Shown here in pieces: positions 57,882 to 64,000 of a stretch of 64,000 nt of DNA; position 1 is the stretch's first letter, and the number at the start of each line of letters is the position of its first letter. The notes under the pieces are model-generated. The model was not told where the DNA came from, did no database searches, and saw nothing but the letters and a program-made list of their open reading frames with translations. Source of the stretch: Escherichia coli (lineage in GTDB: Bacteria > Pseudomonadota > Gammaproteobacteria > Enterobacterales > Enterobacteriaceae); NCBI GenBank assembly GCA_002099625.1, contig GCA_002099625.1_4857.1; one strand, written 5' to 3'. The translations under genes were made by a program, and so were the position numbers.

Positions 57882-59294
57882 CTACTTAAAGCCGTTCAGT
57901 TCACCGTTAAGAGACGTTAACGATGTCTTGTCGGGTGGCGTATACATTTCAGCGGTAGCCGCAATGGGTTGGAAGTCGACTGTCTTCGGCAGCATTAAAG
58001 CAGGCGGATGCAGTGCGAAACTGTTTTCTGAAGTAACAACTACCGGTTCGAAATCGGTAGTATCTGGATTACCGAGCACCAACGGCTTGAGACTAAACGT
58101 GTTTTCTGCGGACACGCTGCACGGTTGGAGACTGTAATCTACCGCACCATGGATATCTTCTAAACCCAAGGTAACTGTGGACTTATCCACCAACTCTAGC
58201 ACCGGGAACCAGTAGTAGTTGCCTGCGCTCGATGATTTTCCTAAGTTTGTCCAACTGGCTCCAGACAACGTCGCCATGCGATGATTGGCGACGTTGGTGT
58301 TCAGTGTATCTTTCAATAAACAGAACAGCGTCCAGTAACTGTTAATCGGTTTGTCCCACGTTCCATTATACAGAAAGTTGAACATCTCAAACTCACTACC
58401 TGCTAACTCAGCGGCAGTTGGGGTGCCGCTGACGTATGGGTCTTTCCCGGCACTAGGTAGACGAACACGGAAGTAAAACCTTTTGTTGTCTGCGCCTGTA
58501 AAGCTAATGATGCGTCCCTGGTTAACGGGCGTCGCCGCAGGGTATTTACCATTATCGTCTGTTCCGTAAACGAGTCCGTTTGTATATAACGTATTCCAGG
58601 AGATGGAGCTAGCGACAGGACTAATCGGGAGGTAAATAACCCTACCCTGGTAAAAGAACTTGTACCAACCTTCGGCACCAGAATGTACCGGTGGTAACGC
58701 ACCGGCCGATATAGTGGCATTAAGAAGTTGAGAGTGTGTAAACAACTCTGCAATTGTGGTTGTTCCGAAATAACCCGCGATAGTGTTACCTTGCAGCAAC
58801 GTTTTAGGGCCAGGTCCAGAATCGGGGTAAATTGCACCACTCGGGACGGTATAACGTATCGTTAAGCTGCCTGTAAACGCAGGGCAATTACCTGAGATAT
58901 TTAATTTCAACGTCTGCGGCGAAGCGCTCGGTTTAGGTAAACTTGCGTCAGGTGACTGCAAATCAGAAGCAACTAATGTAAGCCCCAATGCGTCGTTTAT
59001 TGCAGGTAGCGCGTCTCGTACCGTTAAGACTGTATCTTTGATAGCCACAGTCGGCACAAAATTAAATAAAGTGGCCAGGTTAATCCGGTCGTAGTACACG
59101 GTAACATTACCTTGTACACCTGTCCCTGGATACCCGGTGAAAACAGCTTTGGTGTTACGTTGGTTTAACGTAACTGAAGTTGGGCCGCTGGTTAAAGCAG
59201 CGATAGCCGGCGTCAGCTTAACAACTAAATCAGGATTATCCCGATTGACTTGGTCGTATACAAGCAGTGCCGACTCCTTCGAGTAAAATAGCAT
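57882..59294 (-). CDS. module gene C3 with C-terminal NGELNGF (470 aa)
   Basis: CGGAG RBS; N-terminus ...VYDQVNRDNPDL...YYDRINLATLF. Confidence 0.75.
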   Translation of the reverse strand: MLFYSKESALLVYDQVNRDNPDLVVKLTPAIAALTSGPTSVTLNQRNTKAVFTGYPGTGVQGNVTVYYDRINLATLFNFVPTVAIKDTVLTVRDALPAINDALGLTLVASDLQSPDASLPKPSASPQTLKLNISGNCPAFTGSLTIRYTVPSGAIYPDSGPGPKTLLQGNTIAGYFGTTTIAELFTHSQLLNATISAGALPPVHSGAEGWYKFFYQGRVIYLPISPVASSISWNTLYTNGLVYGTDDNGKYPAATPVNQGRIISFTGADNKRFYFRVRLPSAGKDPYVSGTPTAAELAGSEFEMFNFLYNGTWDKPINSYWTLFCLLKDTLNTNVANHRMATLSGASWTNLGKSSSAGNYYWFPVLELVDKSTVTLGLEDIHGAVDYSLQPCSVSAENTFSLKPLVLGNPDTTDFEPVVVTSENSFALHPPALMLPKTVDFQPIAATAEMYTPPDKTSLTSLNGELNGFK

Positions 59295-59310
59295 AGGGAC
59301 TCCGCATCGC

Positions 59311-59340
59311 CAAAAGATGGGGCTCCGAAGAGCCCCTACA
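59311..59340 (-). terminator. possible terminator hairpin (approx coords)
   Basis: Stem GGGGCTC/GAGCCCC, loop CGAA; weak T tract on minus strand. Confidence 0.3.
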
Positions 59341-59341
59341 C

Positions 59342-60169
59342 TTAGCTGTTATAGTGGTAGTACGCCACGCCTTTCACGCCTTCCTCATCGATACCCGTTT
59401 GGATAACCACGCGGTCGTACGATTTGTTAGCGAACTGTGCGGTGGAAGTCGGCACATCCTGAACGGTGTTACTGTTCAGTGGCCCCGCGTAGTTCGGAAT
59501 ACCCAGGTCATCCAACACCTTACGCAAACCAGCCCACTGCGGTAGGCCAGAAGCATCTACTGTCAGTAGGTTTTTATACGCGGTAAAGTCAATACCGTAC
59601 GTCAACAAATCAATACACTTCTTACCGAGAGACGGTGAAATAGGCTCTTGAATCGCATTCAAGACATCTGATTTCACCGAAGTGTCTAGTACCGGTAAAC
59701 CACGGTTATAACGCAACGTCGCAGAACCGATATAAGCCGGAGATGTCGATAGCGCTGCAATGGTCTGTGTATTGGTGTAATTTGGGGTATTGGCACCCGC
59801 CAGTGAGTAGTTTTGGATATCGATTGCGGAGAAGTTTACTCCGTAGGTATCCAAGAGCACCGAAAAGGCTGAGTGGAGGTTGGGAGCGTCAAACGTGACG
59901 AACTGCGCCTGGACGGAAGGACCCCACGGCAATAACCGCGCTAAGTTCACACGGTCGTAGTAAACGGTGATTGCGTCTCGAAATCCGGAACCCTGAATAC
60001 CGCGCAAGCGTGCCGACGTATTGCGGTTGTTGGAAGCTGCATTAACGGGAACCTGTGTCACTTTCTCCACGTAGCAGTTTGCCGGCGACGCTTTAATAGG
60101 TAGGTTTGGGTTATCCCGGTTAATGAGGTCAAAGACCAACTCGTTTGACGGCTTAGCATAGTTGATCAT
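59342..60169 (-). CDS. fibre-like paralog family, short form (275 aa from Met2)
   Basis: GAGGT RBS; N-terminus MINYAKPSNELVFDLINRDNPNL...YYDRVNLARLL; C-terminus ...YYHYNS. Confidence 0.75.
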   Translation of the reverse strand: MINYAKPSNELVFDLINRDNPNLPIKASPANCYVEKVTQVPVNAASNNRNTSARLRGIQGSGFRDAITVYYDRVNLARLLPWGPSVQAQFVTFDAPNLHSAFSVLLDTYGVNFSAIDIQNYSLAGANTPNYTNTQTIAALSTSPAYIGSATLRYNRGLPVLDTSVKSDVLNAIQEPISPSLGKKCIDLLTYGIDFTAYKNLLTVDASGLPQWAGLRKVLDDLGIPNYAGPLNSNTVQDVPTSTAQFANKSYDRVVIQTGIDEEGVKGVAYYHYNS

Positions 60170-60172
60170 CAA

Positions 60173-61060
60173 TTATACCTCGCTTGGATCGTCCAGATCG
60201 TTGAACTGGAGATACAACGTTCCGACGATGGTGGTACAAGTAACAGGCAGTTTCAACACCAGCGCATACTTGTACTTCGCGTTTGTCGGCATTGCAACAG
60301 GGTCATTCAAACCAACGCTGACAACCTCCGCGCCCGCCAAACCGTAGGAAGCGGAGGTGGTCGCTACCCATGCAGTACCCGTGATATCTTTCAGCAGGTT
60401 AACCATATCCGTTAACGGCTGTCCGGACAGAATACCCGGCACGTATGCCAGCAACTCATCACGGTATTTGGTGAAGTTGTACGGGTAGGAATAAACCTCT
60501 GCAATGACCGCAGTAACGGTTTCGGAACCCATCTGACCGTTCGGGTATTTCAGACCGGTCAGGACGTTAGTGGTGACTGCAGAGACTAACGACTCATCGC
60601 CTTTCACGACTTTAAATGTCGCCTGTCCAACCCAACCGATAGACTCAGGATGTGCAACAACACGCACAGTTCCTTCGGTCTTATCACCGTTCCATTCGAT
60701 ATCTGCGTCCTGCAGGTCAGCTTCTTCCAGAACAAAACCGTAACGTTGGTTCAGTCCAGGAATGGCCGCATACAAGGTTTCGTTGGATGGGCCGATCGCC
60801 AACGTGTCACCAATCAGCACTAACAAGTCTTCGATTTTCATGCGGTTGTAGAAGACATTTTTCTTACCCGACCAGGTAGAGCCCGTTACCCCATCTGCCG
60901 TAATTTTAATTTGCGTGTTACGGTTAGTCAGCGTTTCCTTCTCCGTACCACGGATGTCCTTTGGCGAGGACCAGATGATGTCAGTCATCTTAACAGCAAG
61001 CGAGTTCTGTGCGTTCACTGCTGCCAACAGGACGTCTTTAGAAGGTTGATAAATAGCCAT
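60173..61060 (-). CDS. fibre-like paralog family, short form (295 aa)
   Basis: AGGAA RBS; family N-terminus MAIYQPSKDVLLAAVNAQN; C-terminus ...LYLQFNDL. Confidence 0.75.
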   Translation of the reverse strand: MAIYQPSKDVLLAAVNAQNSLAVKMTDIIWSSPKDIRGTEKETLTNRNTQIKITADGVTGSTWSGKKNVFYNRMKIEDLLVLIGDTLAIGPSNETLYAAIPGLNQRYGFVLEEADLQDADIEWNGDKTEGTVRVVAHPESIGWVGQATFKVVKGDESLVSAVTTNVLTGLKYPNGQMGSETVTAVIAEVYSYPYNFTKYRDELLAYVPGILSGQPLTDMVNLLKDITGTAWVATTSASYGLAGAEVVSVGLNDPVAMPTNAKYKYALVLKLPVTCTTIVGTLYLQFNDLDDPSEV

Positions 61061-61070
61061 TCGCTAATTC

Positions 61071-61910
61071 CTAGTTGTTGTAGTGCAACATACACTCGCC
61101 GATTACTTTCGGGTCGTTCTGAATGCCGGTAATCAGCAATACGTTATCGTACGCTTTATTGGCGGTCGCCAACTCACTCGTTTTGTAGCGGGTAATTGTG
61201 CAGTTCGTCGGATCAAACGACGGTACCCCACGTGCGACCAATGTGGCCATCAGATTGGACGTGTAACCCAAATCAAAGTTACTTCCTACGTCCATTCGTC
61301 CGTTCTTAAACGAGGCCATAACCTGCACTTCATCAGTAAAGTCTTCCCCGTACGTCAAGAAGCCCATGTATTTCTTACCAGTGCTTGCTGCTGCAGGGTG
61401 GTTCAAAGCCGACAAGATGTCGTTTACCACGAGGTCTTCGAGACTATTCTTACCCCGGATAGACATAAAGGTGATGCTGCCAGTGTATTGGATACAGCTA
61501 GCGTTAATACGCATCGTGTTGTTTACGTTCAGATAAACGTATTGTTCTGGGATATCGTCTGCAACCAGGTTTAATCCATAACGACCGTTCAGGTTCTGCG
61601 CAAACGCAGTACGTTTCGACTCCACGTTCAACCAACCGTAGGCATTCGGTGCAGTTACCTGAGGTGTCATGTTCTTAAATAAGTCGTTCAGCGACAAGCG
61701 CTTATAACGGAACGTCTGAGGACCGATATAGCCACGACCTTGACGACCACGAATGATAATCTCAGTATTGGCACCGCTTGCTGTCGGTGTGATTGCTTTC
61801 GGCGTACCGATGATAGCATTGTCTAAACCCATCGGTAGAACAGCATCCGGGTTTTCGGCATTAATCGCATCGTACAGATATTGTCGCTGAGACAGACTAT
61901 ATAAAGCCAT
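61071..61910 (-). CDS. fibre-like paralog family, short form (279 aa from Met7)
   Basis: GAGGAGG RBS 6 nt before internal ATG; C-terminus ...CMLHYNN. Confidence 0.75.
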   Translation of the reverse strand: MALYSLSQRQYLYDAINAENPDAVLPMGLDNAIIGTPKAITPTASGANTEIIIRGRQGRGYIGPQTFRYKRLSLNDLFKNMTPQVTAPNAYGWLNVESKRTAFAQNLNGRYGLNLVADDIPEQYVYLNVNNTMRINASCIQYTGSITFMSIRGKNSLEDLVVNDILSALNHPAAASTGKKYMGFLTYGEDFTDEVQVMASFKNGRMDVGSNFDLGYTSNLMATLVARGVPSFDPTNCTITRYKTSELATANKAYDNVLLITGIQNDPKVIGECMLHYNN

Positions 61911-61979
61911 AATAGCCTCCTCGGCCAAAAAAGAAAGGAGTAGCCAGGAGGAGGATTTCCTCCTCCCAGCGAGGCCTAA

Positions 61980-62891
61980 TTAGGCATTAAAGTGCAGGTA
62001 CATGACGCCCTGGAAGTTGGTGCACAGAGTGTCATCCAGCTGCAGCAGCAGAACCTGGTTGTAAGCAGTGTTTGCACCTTCAACCGGTTTCTTAGGATCG
62101 TCGCCTGAAGCGGTGCCGTCGTCAGCAGTAGAACCAACGTACAACACGTTAGCACCTTTCAGGTTATAATCCGCAGGCTCATCAGATGCAACCCACAGTT
62201 CCGGCACAACTTTATTCAGCTCAACCGGGAATGCAGAGTCGCCAGCGATAACACCTTTCGTCTGTACTTTCAGGAATGCTGCGATTGCTGTGCAGTCTAC
62301 ACCGTAAGAGTAGATGTAACCCTGACCCTTCGCTTCGCTTGCACCATCTGGGTAAACCAGGCCGTCGAGCTTGGTTTGTGTTACCACCAGATTCAGACGT
62401 TCACCAACTTGAGGCTTAGCACCGATTTTAACCGGGATGCTGCCCAGATAAGCATAGCAGTCTTCTTTGAAGGTAATGACGTGGTCAACCGGTGCTGGGT
62501 CCGGATCGTTCGGGTTAGTCAGCGGCGGGTTGGTATTTTCCGGAATAGCCGCCGGAACGATATCGTCTTCGGTCAGCTTCAATCCGTATTGGGTGTTCAG
62601 GGTCGTCAGCAGGTCGGTGGTGGTTTTCGGCAGTTTAACGTCGAGGTATGCTGTTACATTACGGAACAGCGCACTGCCTTCCAGGCGATTATAAGTCACG
62701 TCCTGAGTACCGATGTACCCGGAGTTCTTTTTCGCAGTCAGGGTCATGCTGGTATTGCGATCGGCACCTCCATCGACAATAGGGGTCGGTGTGCCGAGCG
62801 TTATTTTAGAAAGTTCCAGTTCTGCGTCTGGGTTTTTCTCATTAATAAAATCCAGAACCAGCTGATCGGACGTTTTGTTTAAAGGTTTCAT
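61980..62891 (-). CDS. fibre-like paralog family, short form (303 aa)
   Basis: AAGGAAG RBS; C-terminus ...VMYLHFNA. Confidence 0.75.
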   Translation of the reverse strand: MKPLNKTSDQLVLDFINEKNPDAELELSKITLGTPTPIVDGGADRNTSMTLTAKKNSGYIGTQDVTYNRLEGSALFRNVTAYLDVKLPKTTTDLLTTLNTQYGLKLTEDDIVPAAIPENTNPPLTNPNDPDPAPVDHVITFKEDCYAYLGSIPVKIGAKPQVGERLNLVVTQTKLDGLVYPDGASEAKGQGYIYSYGVDCTAIAAFLKVQTKGVIAGDSAFPVELNKVVPELWVASDEPADYNLKGANVLYVGSTADDGTASGDDPKKPVEGANTAYNQVLLLQLDDTLCTNFQGVMYLHFNA

Positions 62892-62912
62892 TCTTACTTC
62901 CTTTACTCAGGA

Positions 62913-63758
62913 TTAATCAGGGTCGTTGTAGTGCAAATACAAACGCCCGCCAAAATTCAGACAGTACAACGACAGCTCCACAATCAGCACGTTGTCGACT
63001 GCTGGGTTGGTTGGTAATTCCGCTTTGTTACGCCCGTTATAGACGACGACAGCTTCACGAAGGTTAAAGTCGATTGGGTTACGGTACGTTGTCCAGTTAT
63101 CACCGGTGACCGTTTTGAGAATCTGCGCCAGACGTTCTGCGGTTATCGCAGCACCTAGTCGTTGAAATTCCTCCGCGAAATTATCAAAGCGCCAGGGATA
63201 CGAATAAACTGCACCTTGACCGACCTTGATGTTGAAATACGGATACTCGTAAGGTGTCACTGTTAAGGGTTCGAAGTTTGCAGGAAGCAACGCATCGCCT
63301 GGTAACAGCTGTACCTGTTGTTGCCCTATCCAACCTAAAGAAGTGGGCGTGGCAATCAGATCCACACGCCATGTCTTCCTGTCGATTTCGGTATTCACCA
63401 CATCTGCGGGTTTAAGGCTGAGACCGTAATACTGGTTAATTAACCCGACCACGTCATGCATCTGGTAAACAGCGTCGAGACGTGCAGGAACACGTAGAGG
63501 TTGAATCCCGTCTGGGTCGGTAAACATGTCTGCGAAGTCAACACGATCGTAATACACGGTAGTGGCACCGATAGCATTAGCGGTGGCCAAAGCCTGAATG
63601 CGCACCATCGCGTTATGACCATTGGCTTTTGCCAGGTCTTCGTCAGACGTCGGTATCGCAGGGACACCGAAAACCACATCTTCGACTTTTAAATCGAGAT
63701 TGTTTTCGACGTTAACCTCCGCGATAATAATCTTTTCAGCAGTGGCTAAAAGTGGCAT
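62913..63758 (-). CDS. fibre-like paralog family, short form (281 aa)
   Basis: AAGGA RBS; ...TTVYYDRVDFADMF; C-terminus ...RLYLHYNDPD. Confidence 0.75.
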   Translation of the reverse strand: MPLLATAEKIIIAEVNVENNLDLKVEDVVFGVPAIPTSDEDLAKANGHNAMVRIQALATANAIGATTVYYDRVDFADMFTDPDGIQPLRVPARLDAVYQMHDVVGLINQYYGLSLKPADVVNTEIDRKTWRVDLIATPTSLGWIGQQQVQLLPGDALLPANFEPLTVTPYEYPYFNIKVGQGAVYSYPWRFDNFAEEFQRLGAAITAERLAQILKTVTGDNWTTYRNPIDFNLREAVVVYNGRNKAELPTNPAVDNVLIVELSLYCLNFGGRLYLHYNDPD

Positions 63759-63768
63759 GTCAAAATCC

Positions 63769-64000
63769 TTATATCGGGAGATAGTGAAGGATGAGATTAC
63801 CGGCGTAGTTGCTGTCCGCAGCTAGCTTGATAATCGCCACACGCTGATAATCGGGGTTGTAACTATCGTTCGGTGTGACTGAAGTTATCCCCATATATCG
63901 TGCACCTTGAAGCGCAATTTGTTCAGGTTGCGCAGTCGCCCCCGTCACATATGCAAACTTTAATGGCACCACTTCGTTAAGCAATTCAACATCCGCCGCG
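63769..64000 (-). CDS. partial CDS: 3' end of a further short-form paralog (start beyond window end)
   Basis: Stop at 63769; C-terminal residues ...AGNLILHYLPI match the family L-H-Y-N-type C-terminus; open to window edge. Confidence 0.6.
   Translation of the reverse strand, partial: AADVELLNEVVPLKFAYVTGATAQPEQIALQGARYMGITSVTPNDSYNPDYQRVAIIKLAADSNYAGNLILHYLPI

Noticed and set aside
45466-63758. Short ORFs nested in the paralog array (e.g. 46546..46974, 52663..53094, 58403..58840, 62376..62882)
   Set aside because: Alternative-frame or antisense ORFs inside well-supported paralog genes.
1-64000. tRNA, rRNA, integrase, transposase/IS elements, attachment sites
   Set aside because: No intergenic gap shows a convincing cloverleaf and no recombinase motifs were seen; tRNAscan could not be run, so small RNAs cannot be excluded.

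Overview
This window reads as a contiguous segment of a large tailed dsDNA phage genome (Caudoviricetes) infecting a Gram-negative, probably enterobacterial-type host. Genes are densely packed in strand-switching blocks with RBS-coupled starts and many rho-independent terminators; no integrase, transposase, rRNA, tRNA or CRISPR was seen. Content, left to right: (1) a long minus-strand block of accessory genes, including a candidate spanin-like pair, an SLT-like transglycosylase, a macro-domain protein, a Rad50/SbcC-like ATPase with zinc hook, and a run of four small secreted proteins; (2) a small DUF1471-like gene with its own promoter-like -10 box and terminator; (3) four very large plus-strand tail-fibre genes (1237, 1376, 1727 and 400 aa); (4) the most unusual locus, an operon of three Cys/Ser/Gly-rich leader-plus-core peptide genes followed by two radical-SAM enzymes (one with a SPASM-like C-terminus) and three unknown proteins, i.e. 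a RiPP-like maturation system inside the fibre region; (5) a lysis cassette (GH108 lysozyme-like protein, small overlapping ORFs, DUF1353-like protein, M15 peptidase); (6) a minus-strand array of at least 12 paralogous fibre-like genes, including a three-gene module repeated three times in tandem and one decayed remnant. All functions are inferred by eye from motifs; no database search was run. CDS coordinates follow the ORF track, but hairpin, promoter and small-ORF coordinates are approximate (about +/-2 nt).
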